Notes under the pieces: model-generated
What the model saw: the letters and a program-made list of their open reading frames with translations, nothing else
Databases searched by the model: none
What the model was told of the DNA's origin: nothing
Shown: positions 17,008 through 26,632 of the stretch, in pieces
Position numbering within the stretch: position 1 is the first letter of the stretch
Layout of the letters: every line of letters starts with the position of its first letter
Origin: an uncultured Verrucomicrobiota bacterium
GTDB taxonomy: Bacteria; Verrucomicrobiota; Kiritimatiellia; JAAZAB01
DNA length: 64,000 bases
Direction: 5' to 3'
Assembly: GCA_964475165.1 (NCBI GenBank)
Contig: CAYYVN010000008.1
Coordinates: 4,160-68,159, forward strand
Made by a program: the position numbers and the translations under genes

Positions 17008-18480
17008 ATGAAACTGAATGTGCTCTTAACACATATGCAACCGCTGGCGGTCAGCGGCGCCAGCGATACGCTGGTGCAAGGTATCACCTATGATTCACGC
17101 CAGGTGCGGGAGGGCTTTATTTTTTGTGCGCTGCCCGGGCAGCGCGCGGATGGCCATGATTATATCGAGGATGCGCTGCAGCGCGGGGCGGTGGCGATTG
17201 TATCGGAGCGCGCCGCGCCCCTGCCGCATAGCCCCGTGGCTTTCATTCAAACCAGAGATGCGCGCCAGGCCTTAGCCTTACTAGCCAAGGCTTTTTATGG
17301 CGATCCCTCGCGGCGCTTAGCGGTGGTGGGTATCACCGGCACCAACGGCAAAACCACCACGGCCTTTATGGTCCGCGATATTTTGCGCGCCGCCGAACGC
17401 CAGCCCGGGTTGATAGGTACGGTGAATTACGAAATCGGCGCGCGCATCATTCCGGCCACGCGCACTACGCCGGAAGCCTCCGACCTGCAGCGCCTGCTGG
17501 CGGAGATGGTGCGGGTGGGTTGCCGGAGTGCGGTCTTGGAGGTCACCTCGCATGCGCTGGTACAGCAGCGCGTTGCTGGCCTTGAATTCGCGGCGGCTCT
17601 TTTCACCAATCTAACCCATGATCATCTTGATTATCATGGCACATTCGCAGAATATTTCGAGGCTAAAGCCCTGCTTTTCCGCAGCTTGATGCGCCAGCAT
17701 ACCAAGGCGCCGGCTATCATCAATGTGGATGATCCCTGGGGGGAGAAACTGGCGCAATTGCCCGAATTGCAGTTGCCGTTGATCACCTGCAGCTTAGAGC
17801 GCGAGGCCTTGGTGCGCGTTACACGCATGCAGGTTAGTGCGGCCGGCACGGAGATGGATGTGGAGAGCCCTTGGGGCAGGGTGAGCTTCGCCATAAAATT
17901 ATTGGGTCGCTTCAACGCCGCCAACGCCCTCTTGGCCCTGGCGGCCGCCGGGGCGCTGGGGATCGCTCCGGAGCTGAGTGCCGGCGTGTTGGCACAAATC
18001 GCCTGTGTGCCCGGACGCTTGGAGGAAATCAAAAGCAACCAGGGCTTCCAGGTTTTTGTGGATTATGCGCACACCGAGGATGCCTTGCAGAATGTGCTTA
18101 GCACCCTGCGCGAAATCACCACCGGCCGCTTGCTGGTGGTCTTTGGTTGCGGTGGTAACCGCGACCAGAAGAAACGCCCCCTGATGGGTGCCGTGGCCGC
18201 CCGGCTGGCGGACTATATCATCTTAACTTCCGATAATCCGCGTAAGGAAAATCCCTCTGCGATCATTGCCCAGATTCGCGGCGGCATTCCCGGCAGCGAC
18301 CAGCACGAAGTCATCGAGGATCGCTACGAGGCCATTGCGCGGGCCTTAGCGCTGGCCGAAGAGGGCGATAGCGTCTTGATCGCCGGTAAGGGGCATGAGA
18401 ATTATCAGGAATTTGCCGATACCGTCATCCCCTTTGATGATCGGCAAGTGGTGCGCGAGTGCCTGGGGATTCGGGAATGA
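17008..18480 (+). CDS. murE: UDP-MurNAc-dipeptide:meso-DAP ligase
   Basis: GITGTNGKTTT, EVTSHAL.Q.R, NLTHDHLDYH, VDYAHT.DAL, FGCGG.RD..KR and DNPR (DAP-specificity motif). Confidence 0.96.
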   Translation: MKLNVLLTHMQPLAVSGASDTLVQGITYDSRQVREGFIFCALPGQRADGHDYIEDALQRGAVAIVSERAAPLPHSPVAFIQTRDARQALALLAKAFYGDPSRRLAVVGITGTNGKTTTAFMVRDILRAAERQPGLIGTVNYEIGARIIPATRTTPEASDLQRLLAEMVRVGCRSAVLEVTSHALVQQRVAGLEFAAALFTNLTHDHLDYHGTFAEYFEAKALLFRSLMRQHTKAPAIINVDDPWGEKLAQLPELQLPLITCSLEREALVRVTRMQVSAAGTEMDVESPWGRVSFAIKLLGRFNAANALLALAAAGALGIAPELSAGVLAQIACVPGRLEEIKSNQGFQVFVDYAHTEDALQNVLSTLREITTGRLLVVFGCGGNRDQKKRPLMGAVAARLADYIILTSDNPRKENPSAIIAQIRGGIPGSDQHEVIEDRYEAIARALALAEEGDSVLIAGKGHENYQEFADTVIPFDDRQVVRECLGIRE

Positions 18481-18523
18481 AGCAACAGGCCCGCATAGCG
18501 CAGGTTTAAGGGGCTCTTGGGCC

Positions 18524-19906
18524 ATGCCAAAATTGGATAGTAGCTTGATCGCGTCTTGGACGGGCGGGCGCTGGTTATCAGCGCCACCGGCCAGCCTGCG
18601 CGGCGTATCCATTGATACGCGTTCCTTGCATCCCGGCGATTTATTCGTGGCCATAAGTGGCGCGCGTTTTGATGGGCATGATTTTATCGCGCAGGCCTTC
18701 GCCCAGCAGGCGGCGGCAGCGGTGGTCGAGCGGGATGCTGTCAGCAGCTGCTCGGGGCCCATCTTGCGTGTGGACCACACGCTGCAAGCCTTGCAGGATA
18801 TGGCCGCCGCCTATCGCCAAACACATAAGGCCCAAATCATTGCCGTAACAGGCAGCCTCGGTAAAACTACGGTAAAGGAAATGGTGGCCGATACCCTGGC
18901 CATGCGCCTCTCCACGGCGCGCACCTGTGGTAATTTGAATAATCATCTGGGGGTACCCTTAAGCCTGCTGAATATGGAAGGCAGTGCTCAGGTGGGGGTT
19001 TTTGAGGCGGGCACCAGTCAGGCCGGAGAGTTGGCGCCCTTGTGTCGCATCTTGGCGCCCGATTGGGGGTTGATCACCACGCTGGCGCCGGCGCATCTGG
19101 AGTTTTTCGGTTCCTTGGAAGAAATCGCTGCTGAAAAAGCGACGCTGCTAAGCAGTCTCTCGGCGGCTGGGACAGCAGTGTTGCGCGGCGATGATCCCTG
19201 CTATGAGCGCTTGCGCGCGGCAGTGTCCGGGCGTGTTATAACGATCGCCGTGCGGGGCCCGGCCGATTACCAGGGTTGGCCGGCGCGTGTCTGGGGTGGG
19301 CCGGTTGAAGTTCTGGAACGCTCCAGTGAGCAGCGCTGTCAACTCCAGCTGCCCCTGCCGGGCGAGCATCAGGTGGTCAATGCGCTCTATGCGGTGGCGG
19401 TGGGCCGGAGCTATGGTCTGAGCTGGGATGAGATTCGCTCCGCCCTGGAAAATTATCGCCCGCCGCCGATGCGCTGGGAATGCCGGCAACAGGCGGGCAT
19501 CACAATCATCAATGATGCCTATAATGCCAATCCGGAGAGCATGGCCGCTGCCCTGCGAACTTTTGCGGCTATGCCCGTGCGCGGTCGGCGTTGGTTGGTT
19601 TTGGCTGATATGCGCGAGCTGGGCGCTCTCGCCGCGGAGGCCCATGCCAAATTGGGCCAACTGGCAGCGCAAATGTCCTGTGAAGGCTTGCTGGTGTTGG
19701 GAGAGTGGAGCGAGATCATCAAGCAGGCGGCCATGCAAGCCGGCTTGGATGCGCGGCGTATTTTTCGCTGCCCAGATCATGCCGCCGCCGCCGAGCGTTT
19801 AGTCCAAGTAACCCAGCCGGGCGATGCTGTGCTGCTCAAGGCTTCACGCAGTCAGTGTCTGGAAAAAGTATTGATCTATTGGCAAGAGCTGCTTAGCAAA
19901 GAGTGA
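18524..19906 (+). CDS. murF: UDP-MurNAc-tripeptide:D-Ala-D-Ala ligase
   Basis: DTRSL..GDLFVA..G..FDGHDF, VTGS.GKTT.KE, NNHLGVP, NDAYNANPESM and KASR. Start set at ATG 18524. Confidence 0.95.
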   Translation: MPKLDSSLIASWTGGRWLSAPPASLRGVSIDTRSLHPGDLFVAISGARFDGHDFIAQAFAQQAAAAVVERDAVSSCSGPILRVDHTLQALQDMAAAYRQTHKAQIIAVTGSLGKTTVKEMVADTLAMRLSTARTCGNLNNHLGVPLSLLNMEGSAQVGVFEAGTSQAGELAPLCRILAPDWGLITTLAPAHLEFFGSLEEIAAEKATLLSSLSAAGTAVLRGDDPCYERLRAAVSGRVITIAVRGPADYQGWPARVWGGPVEVLERSSEQRCQLQLPLPGEHQVVNALYAVAVGRSYGLSWDEIRSALENYRPPPMRWECRQQAGITIINDAYNANPESMAAALRTFAAMPVRGRRWLVLADMRELGALAAEAHAKLGQLAAQMSCEGLLVLGEWSEIIKQAAMQAGLDARRIFRCPDHAAAAERLVQVTQPGDAVLLKASRSQCLEKVLIYWQELLSKE

Positions 19907-19912
19907 GGATGT

Positions 19913-21025
19913 ATGTTGTATTACCTGCATTTACTAGCGGATCAGATTTCCTATTTCCGCGTCTTTCAATATATCACCGTGCGCATTTTCTTGGCCGCCG
20001 GCACAGCCTTTCTCTTCAGCTTGCTGGCGGGGCCCTGGTTCGTACGCCGCTTACACGCTCTGACAGCCGATACCACTGCGCGCTATCAAAATGATGCGCC
20101 GGCCTTAGATGCGCTGGGCGGCGCAGCCAAAAGAAAGACGCCCACCATGGGCGGGCTTCTGATCATTGCGGCTGTGGTCATAGCCTGCCTGCTCTGGGCG
20201 CTGCCCACTAATTTACTGGTCTGGATGGCTCTGGCCACCATGGGCGTCATGGGGCTGATCGGCTTTGCCGATGACTACATCAAGACCGTCCAGCGCAATG
20301 CGCGTGGCTTAAGCGCCTGGAAAAAATTAGTTCTGCAGAGCCTGTGGGTGCTGGGGATAGTCGGCCTCTTGTTGTTGCTGCCGGAAACCCGCCCGCTCGC
20401 CCGGCAGTTGATGGTGCCCTTTCTTAAAACACCGCTGATCCCGCAGATGAGCCTACTGGTCCTGGCCATTTTTGTGATTCTGGTGATAGTGGGTTCCAGC
20501 AATGCGGTCAATTTAACCGATGGACTCGACGGCCTGGCCATTGGCTGCACCGGTTCGGTGACCGTAGCCTATCTGGTGATGACCTATGTCGCCGGGCATA
20601 TCCATTTGGCTGATTATCTCCAGGTACCCTATATTGTTGGCAGTGGGGAATTGGCCGTTTTTTGCGGAAGTCTCTTGGGTGCCAGTTTGGGGTTCCTGTG
20701 GTTTAATTGCTTCCCGGCGCGCATTTTCATGGGCGATACCGGCAGTTTAGCTTTAGGCGGCGCGCTGGGGATGGTGGCCGTTTTAATCAAACAGGAACTG
20801 GTGCTGATAATCGTGGGCGGTATTTTTGTGATGGAAGCCTTGAGCGTTATCATGCAGGTGGGCTGGTTCAAGCTGAAAGGCCGGCGTATTTTTGCTTGTG
20901 CGCCGCTCCATCATCATTTCCAATTAAAAAAAATGCCTTGGAGCGAAACTCAAATCACAGTCCGTTTTTGGATTATTTCATTGATGTGCGCTTTGCTGGG
21001 GGTGCTCATGCTTAAGATGCGCTGA
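19913..21025 (+). CDS. mraY: Phospho-MurNAc-pentapeptide transferase
   Basis: KTPTMGG, GFADDYIK, NAVNLTDGLDGLA, FMGDTGSL and APLHHHFQ. Confidence 0.97.
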   Translation: MLYYLHLLADQISYFRVFQYITVRIFLAAGTAFLFSLLAGPWFVRRLHALTADTTARYQNDAPALDALGGAAKRKTPTMGGLLIIAAVVIACLLWALPTNLLVWMALATMGVMGLIGFADDYIKTVQRNARGLSAWKKLVLQSLWVLGIVGLLLLLPETRPLARQLMVPFLKTPLIPQMSLLVLAIFVILVIVGSSNAVNLTDGLDGLAIGCTGSVTVAYLVMTYVAGHIHLADYLQVPYIVGSGELAVFCGSLLGASLGFLWFNCFPARIFMGDTGSLALGGALGMVAVLIKQELVLIIVGGIFVMEALSVIMQVGWFKLKGRRIFACAPLHHHFQLKKMPWSETQITVRFWIISLMCALLGVLMLKMR

Positions 21026-22362
21026 TGAAAAAATATCCAACAGCATTGATCCTGGGCTTAGCGGCCAGCGGCGAGGCTGCCGCTCGGCTCTTGCTGGCTG
21101 AGGGCAGCAAGGTGTGGATTGCTGATCTTCAAGATGGCGAAGTCCAGCGCCAGCGCGCCGCCCAGCTCGAAGCGCTGGGGGCCATGGTTAGCCTGGGCCG
21201 CCCGGAACTGCCGGCGGGCGTCTATTCGATCTGCATTGTGAGCCCGGGCATTCCCGTGCATTCGGCCTGGGTCATGGCCTTGCGCCGTCGCGGCGTGCCG
21301 GTGATATCCGAATTGGAATTGGGGTGGAGTAGGGCGTCTTGTCCGGTGCTGGCGATTTCGGGTTCCAATGGTAAAAGCACGCTGGTGAAACTATGTGCGG
21401 ACGCCTTGCGCTGCGCCGGGCATCGCGTTGCCATCGCTGGCAATTATGGCCCGCCCGTCTCACGGGTGGTCAGGGAAGCGGAGCCTTACGATTGGCTGGT
21501 GCTGGAAGTGAGTTCCTTTCAACTGGAAACCGTGCGCGCCTTTCGGCCAGCGGTAGCGGTGCTCTTGAACCTGTATCCCAATCACCTGGATCGGCATGGG
21601 GATATGGCCCGTTATCAGGGGTTAAAAACGCGTCTTTTCCGCTGCCTGCAAGCTGAAGATAGCGGCGTCTTGCCGGATACCTTGGCGGCAGATCTCAGTG
21701 GGCGTCTGGCATCACCTAATCGCTGGTTGACCTTTGGCGCGACGTCCGCCGCCGATGTTTGCTATCAGGCCGGGCGCCTCACTAATCGCCTCTCCTCTCA
21801 GAAGATTTCATTGGCCGATACGCTGATGGCCAACGAGGTGCTGGGTCTGACCGCCGCCGCCGCCGGCGCCGCGCTCACGGCCTGTGGCGTATCCATGACG
21901 GCTCTGCAAGAAGCCTTGCACGCCTTCCAGCCGCTGGCGCATCGCATGCAAACGGTGGCTATCCACCGGCAGGTGCGCTTCGTGGATGATTCCAAGGCCA
22001 CCAATCTGGCCGCGCTGCTGGCAGCCTTAAAGATGAGTTCCGCGCCGGTGCGCCTGATTACGGGCGGTCAGCCGAAGGGTGAGTCCTACGCTGAAGCGCG
22101 CCCGCTCTTGGCCGAGAAGGTGGCGGCCGTCTATCTCATCGGCAGCGCCGCTGACACAATGGCGGCCGCCTGGCAGGATATCGTCGCCTGCCATTTGAGC
22201 CGCACCCTGGAGCAAGCCTTCCAGCTGGCCTGGACGCAGGCCCAGCCCGGCGACACCATTTTATTATCGCCGGCCTGTGCCAGTTTCGATCAATTCAAGG
22301 ATTTCGAGGAGCGTGGCGCACGCTTTGCGGCCGCGGTTCAAGTGCTAGTCGAAAAAACATAA
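21025..22362 (+). CDS. murD: UDP-MurNAc-L-Ala:D-Glu ligase
   Basis: GL..SG, VSPGIP, SGSNGKST, LEVSSFQLE, HLDRH, DDSKATN and LSPACASFDQF..FEERG. Confidence 0.96.
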   Translation: MKKYPTALILGLAASGEAAARLLLAEGSKVWIADLQDGEVQRQRAAQLEALGAMVSLGRPELPAGVYSICIVSPGIPVHSAWVMALRRRGVPVISELELGWSRASCPVLAISGSNGKSTLVKLCADALRCAGHRVAIAGNYGPPVSRVVREAEPYDWLVLEVSSFQLETVRAFRPAVAVLLNLYPNHLDRHGDMARYQGLKTRLFRCLQAEDSGVLPDTLAADLSGRLASPNRWLTFGATSAADVCYQAGRLTNRLSSQKISLADTLMANEVLGLTAAAAGAALTACGVSMTALQEALHAFQPLAHRMQTVAIHRQVRFVDDSKATNLAALLAALKMSSAPVRLITGGQPKGESYAEARPLLAEKVAAVYLIGSAADTMAAAWQDIVACHLSRTLEQAFQLAWTQAQPGDTILLSPACASFDQFKDFEERGARFAAAVQVLVEKT

Positions 22363-22368
22363 AGAAGC

Positions 22369-22397
22369 TTGACAAGCCCCCAGGCTTTTTCAATAGT
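22369..22397 (+). promoter_or_regulatory. Possible internal promoter upstream of the LysM gene
   Basis: Perfect TTGACA at 22369-22374 in the murD-lysM gap; only a weak -10 (CAATAG/AATAGT). Confidence 0.35.
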
Positions 22398-22445
22398 GCA
22401 TGGTGAGTTTAACTATCAGGGGCATTCTTCAGATAAGGAGCTGTT

Positions 22446-23279
22446 ATGAAAACCTTGGGCTTGGTTGTGGTCGTCGCCGCTCTGCATTGCGCGGTGCTTG
22501 GTTCGGTATTTTTCATTTCCGGATGCGGCACCACCCCTAAAGCCGAAACAACTTCCTTGCTGCCGGCTATGCCTTCACCCACAGCTCCGCAAAAGCCGTC
22601 GGCACCGGTGGCGCCTGCGCCGCCCGAGGTTAAGCTGCCCGGCACGGGTGGTGAATATATCGTGCAGCCGGGTGATTCCATCTCGGTGATCGCGCGCCGC
22701 TGCCACGTCACCCAAGCGGAATTGATCGCCGTTAATCGCTTAAGCGATCCCAATAAAATTCGGGCTGGTCAGAAGCTGATTCTGCCGGCGAGCGGCACGG
22801 CGCCGTCCGTGGCCGCACCCAGCAAGCCGGTGGCCAAAGCCAAACCGAAAGTGGAAGCGCCTGTCGTGGTGGCGGGTGCCAATGAATATGTGGTGCAGCC
22901 CGGCGATAATCTCTCCAAGATCGCCGCGCGCCATGGCGTCAAAGTCAGTGCTTTGCGCGAAGCCAATAAACTGCAGAGCGATAAGCTGCTGATCAATCAG
23001 AAGCTGATCATTCCGCCCGCGCCCAGCGCCGCCCCGGCGGAGCCGCCGGCGCCGCTGGCGACCCCCGCGCCGGAGCCGGAAACAAATCTGCCGGCAGTCG
23101 AATCTCAGTCCGATACCAGCACGTTGACCGGCTCTGGCATTGTACATCTGGTGCTCCCGGATGAGGATTTGATTTCCATTGCCAAGCTCTATGCGGTGAC
23201 CGTTGAAGAAATTGCCGAGTTGAATCAACTTTCCTTGGATCGCCCGCTGCAAGCTGGCCAACGCCTGAAGATTCCTTGA
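22446..23279 (+). CDS. LysM-repeat peptidoglycan-binding protein (3 LysM), possibly a lipoprotein
   Basis: Three LysM motifs (YIVQPGDS, YVVQPGDN, HLVLPDED...L..GQ.L.IP), Pro/Ala linkers, and a hydrophobic N-terminus ending ISG-C. Confidence 0.9.
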   Translation: MKTLGLVVVVAALHCAVLGSVFFISGCGTTPKAETTSLLPAMPSPTAPQKPSAPVAPAPPEVKLPGTGGEYIVQPGDSISVIARRCHVTQAELIAVNRLSDPNKIRAGQKLILPASGTAPSVAAPSKPVAKAKPKVEAPVVVAGANEYVVQPGDNLSKIAARHGVKVSALREANKLQSDKLLINQKLIIPPAPSAAPAEPPAPLATPAPEPETNLPAVESQSDTSTLTGSGIVHLVLPDEDLISIAKLYAVTVEEIAELNQLSLDRPLQAGQRLKIP

Positions 23280-23388
23280 GCACGGCCGGCCAGCAGCATA
23301 CGCTGCCGAGATTCCGGTACTGGCCCGGACGCCTGACTGGCGGCTGGGGCGCTTTCTACGGGTATGGACGAGAGGATCGGGCGCGATT

Positions 23389-24534
23389 TTGGGTATGTGG
23401 AAAACACCCACCGTTCTGATTGTCATCGTTTTGACGCTGTTGGCCGTTGGCGTGGTGATGCTGGCCAGCACCAGCGCCATCAAGGCCTTGGCCTTGTATG
23501 ATGATCCAGATTACTTCGTCAAACACCAAATAGTCTGGCTGCTTTTGGCCCTGATCATAGGGGTCTTAGCCTCCCGGATCGATTATCATCGCTGGCGCTA
23601 TTTAGCCATACCCTTGCTGCTCTTCACGCTGGCGCTGCTGATCCTGGTTTTGCTGCCGGGCATCGGCGTCAAAATTGGCGGTAGCCGGCGCTGGCTGCAT
23701 TGTGGACCGATCGGTTTTCAACCTTCCGAACTGGGCAAATTTTCCTTGGTCCTGATCCTGGCCTGGTGGATGGCGCGGGAGCAGCGGCACATCCGGCTGT
23801 TTGTGCGCGGCGCCTTGATCCCCGCCTTGCTGATGGGCATGATCTTGGGCTTGATCTTTGTGGAGCCGGATTTTGGCACCACTTTTCTCTCAGCCTGTGT
23901 GGGCCTGGCCATCCTCTTTTTGGGCGGCACGCGGGTTTTTTACCTGGGCATTTTCTCGACGGTGGGCTTGACGGGATTCATGCTGGCCTTGATGCATAAT
24001 GAGGTGCGGCTGCAACGCATTCTGGCCTTCCGTGATCCCGAAAGATATGCCCAGACCTTTGCTTACCAATTGAATAAATCCATTGATGCCTTTGTGGCTG
24101 GCGGCGGGACAGGCGTGGGGTTGGGGGCCAGCATTCAGAAACATTTTTATCTGCCGGAAGCGCATACCGATTTCATCTTTGCGATCATCGGCGAGGAACT
24201 GGGCATTATGGCTACCTTGCTGATTTTGCTCTTATTTGCTGGCATCTTGATCTGCGGCCTGCGCATCAGCTGGCGGGCCCCGGATATCTTTGGCCGCCTG
24301 CTGGCCTTTGGGTTAACGATGATGATAGCCTTGCAGGCCATGTATAATATAGCGGTGGTCACGGGGTGTATACCCACCAAGGGCTTGCCTCTGCCCTTTA
24401 TCAGTTATGGCGGCTCGAGCCTGGTGACTTCGCTGCTGGGCGTGGGGGTGCTCATTAATATCGCCCTGCATGCCGGCGAGCGGCCGGCGCATCAAGAGAC
24501 GCGTCTCACCAAGGATCGTCTGCATCGTTTCTAG
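23389..24534 (+). CDS. ftsW: SEDS peptidoglycan polymerase FtsW
   Basis: GSRRWL..G...FQPSE.GK, EPDFGT, LPEAHTDFIFAIIGEELG and KGLPLPFISYGGSSL. Confidence 0.95.
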   Translation: MGMWKTPTVLIVIVLTLLAVGVVMLASTSAIKALALYDDPDYFVKHQIVWLLLALIIGVLASRIDYHRWRYLAIPLLLFTLALLILVLLPGIGVKIGGSRRWLHCGPIGFQPSELGKFSLVLILAWWMAREQRHIRLFVRGALIPALLMGMILGLIFVEPDFGTTFLSACVGLAILFLGGTRVFYLGIFSTVGLTGFMLALMHNEVRLQRILAFRDPERYAQTFAYQLNKSIDAFVAGGGTGVGLGASIQKHFYLPEAHTDFIFAIIGEELGIMATLLILLLFAGILICGLRISWRAPDIFGRLLAFGLTMMIALQAMYNIAVVTGCIPTKGLPLPFISYGGSSLVTSLLGVGVLINIALHAGERPAHQETRLTKDRLHRF

Positions 24535-26573
24535 CTTGGCGCTCTCGGCTGCAGGGTGGCGTTCAGTGCAGCTGGCCCGGGTCTACGGGCTTGGGCCAGC
24601 ATGGCGAGTAAGAGCAGAGCTATCAGCCCGCCATAGGCCAAGACCAGCACCGGCAGCCAAGCGGGGCCTAAAATCCCCGCGTGGATCAATGCCAGCCGCC
24701 GCATGATTTCCCCAGGCGCATGGGTGTAAGCCCATTGCACGGCGGCGATGGCGAAGGTGCCATGGAACTCGGTGAGAGCGAACAGGCCCCCGAGCCAGGC
24801 TGTTCCAATGATCCAGAGCCGGGGCAGTCGCCAACCGGAAGCGGCTTTGAGCGTTAAAGCCAAGAAGGGTAGAAAGGCCGGCATGACATAATAGGCTGGT
24901 GTGAGGATGGTGCCATAAGCGGCTCGGGAAGATAAAGCATGCGCATAAGCTCCCCAGAAGGTGGTCCCGCTGACGATCAGGCAGAGGGCGATCAGCGGCG
25001 CGCAGCTTGGATCCCATCCGCGCCGCCGCCCGCTGATTATCCAGAAGATGCCGCCAGCGCTAAAGATGAGCATGCTATAAAAATAGCAGCGCTGCAGGAC
25101 GAGTGATGGCTTGAGAAACAGCCATCCACCGGTCCAAAGATTATCCCTGATCATACGCAGGATAAAAAAATCCCAGAGATCGGCCAGGCGCACGGCCGCC
25201 AGTACATCGGCCCAGCCTTTACCGGCCTTGAGCAGGACCATGCCTTCCTGGCCGGGAATCGCCAGGCCGTAGGCGGCCATATTCTGGGCCCAGAGCGGAG
25301 CGGCCAGCGCGAGGCAGGGCAGGGTCGTCAGAGCCATGGCCAGCCCGGCCAGGCGCCAGCTTATCCGACCCGCCCAGCCGAGGTAGGCATAGAATAATAG
25401 TGCGGCCGGCAGCCAGGCGAACACATTGGCGCGTACCCAAACCCCGATCCCCAAGAGCAATCCGACTGCCAGGGCCCTGGTCAGCTGCCCGGTGCGCCGG
25501 GGGGAGGCTAGCGCCGCAAAAATCAGCGCAGTTATGCAAAGCGCCATAGCATCGCTGGCCACCCGTACGGCGTAGTTCAAATACATAGGGGCCAGACTAA
25601 CCACCAGGGCCACGGCCATAGCCTGAGCTTGGGTTCGGAACAGCTGGCGCAAGGGGAGGAGATAAAAGGTGAGCGCCAAAGCTGCCAAGAGAAGACTAAC
25701 GCCTCGCACAAGATAAACGGCCAGGCGGAACCCATCTGCTTGGAGCACTCGGGCAAACAATGGAGCTAACAGTCTGTAGTAGAGGGGTGGATGAAAGGCG
25801 GCCGAGAGCATGACCCGCTGGGAATCGTCGGGTGGCGTGGCGGCCGCGGTCCAAAAATCCTGGTAGCGCCTGGCGCCCATCAGCTTGAGTTGTTGCCAGC
25901 CATAGGTGGAATGGGGGTTGGCGACCAGATCGGCATAGAGCGTGGTGGGGATGGTGTCCAGGCCGTATTGTGGCAGCCGCTGCTGTTCGTTCAAAAACAC
26001 CAAATAGGCGATATGCTGATGCTCGTCGTATCCTTCCAGCGGCGGGTAAACGCTTAGCAGGATAAGACCGCGCAGGATGAAGAGCAGGCCGACGGCTGCG
26101 CAAAAAATGCGCCATGAAAAAAAATGCGCCAGCCGCCAGCGAGCGCTGAAACGGTCGCCGGCGGCCAGGAATCCCGACCACCATCGGCTCAGGCGCCGGC
26201 GCAATCCGATGAACAGTAGGACGCTGCCAACACCAAGGATGATTAGCCCGGCGCGTTGGCGTGTTTTATGCCGCAGCTGGTGTGCCTCCGGCGAATTGCT
26301 GAGCGCGGAGATGAGCCACTTTTCATTTTGGCCCGCGTACAGCAGGGCGTGCGTGTAGGTCTCCAAACCGGAAGGATCCGGCTCCCGCTGCAGGATTTTC
26401 AGATAATGCTGCCTGATGATCTTATGCGCCGCCAGAGTGGCGGGCGCGTCAGTGATCTCTGGCGCTGGCTCGGTCGTGCCAGCGGCGCCCAAGCAGCAGC
26501 CTGCGATCAACCCGGCCAGCGCCAGGGTCACTAAAACCCTTCGTAAATGGCCGCCAGATGATCTAACTTGCAT
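24531..26573 (-). CDS. Polytopic GT-C (ArnT/PMT-like) glycosyltransferase with an N-terminal DUF4214-like domain
   Basis: Signal/TM segment, then Y..IL.REPD..GL..Y...L..G......L.NSPE, then PP.EGYDE..H..Y and HPPLYY.L followed by many TM helices. Start set at ATG 26573. Confidence 0.65.
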   Translation of the reverse strand: MQVRSSGGHLRRVLVTLALAGLIAGCCLGAAGTTEPAPEITDAPATLAAHKIIRQHYLKILQREPDPSGLETYTHALLYAGQNEKWLISALSNSPEAHQLRHKTRQRAGLIILGVGSVLLFIGLRRRLSRWWSGFLAAGDRFSARWRLAHFFSWRIFCAAVGLLFILRGLILLSVYPPLEGYDEHQHIAYLVFLNEQQRLPQYGLDTIPTTLYADLVANPHSTYGWQQLKLMGARRYQDFWTAAATPPDDSQRVMLSAAFHPPLYYRLLAPLFARVLQADGFRLAVYLVRGVSLLLAALALTFYLLPLRQLFRTQAQAMAVALVVSLAPMYLNYAVRVASDAMALCITALIFAALASPRRTGQLTRALAVGLLLGIGVWVRANVFAWLPAALLFYAYLGWAGRISWRLAGLAMALTTLPCLALAAPLWAQNMAAYGLAIPGQEGMVLLKAGKGWADVLAAVRLADLWDFFILRMIRDNLWTGGWLFLKPSLVLQRCYFYSMLIFSAGGIFWIISGRRRGWDPSCAPLIALCLIVSGTTFWGAYAHALSSRAAYGTILTPAYYVMPAFLPFLALTLKAASGWRLPRLWIIGTAWLGGLFALTEFHGTFAIAAVQWAYTHAPGEIMRRLALIHAGILGPAWLPVLVLAYGGLIALLLLAMLAQARRPGPAALNATLQPRAPS

Positions 26574-26632
26574 GAGATAGTCATCCGCAACTTGGCTTGT
26601 TGACCCAGCCATTCTGGTGACTGGTCGGAGTT

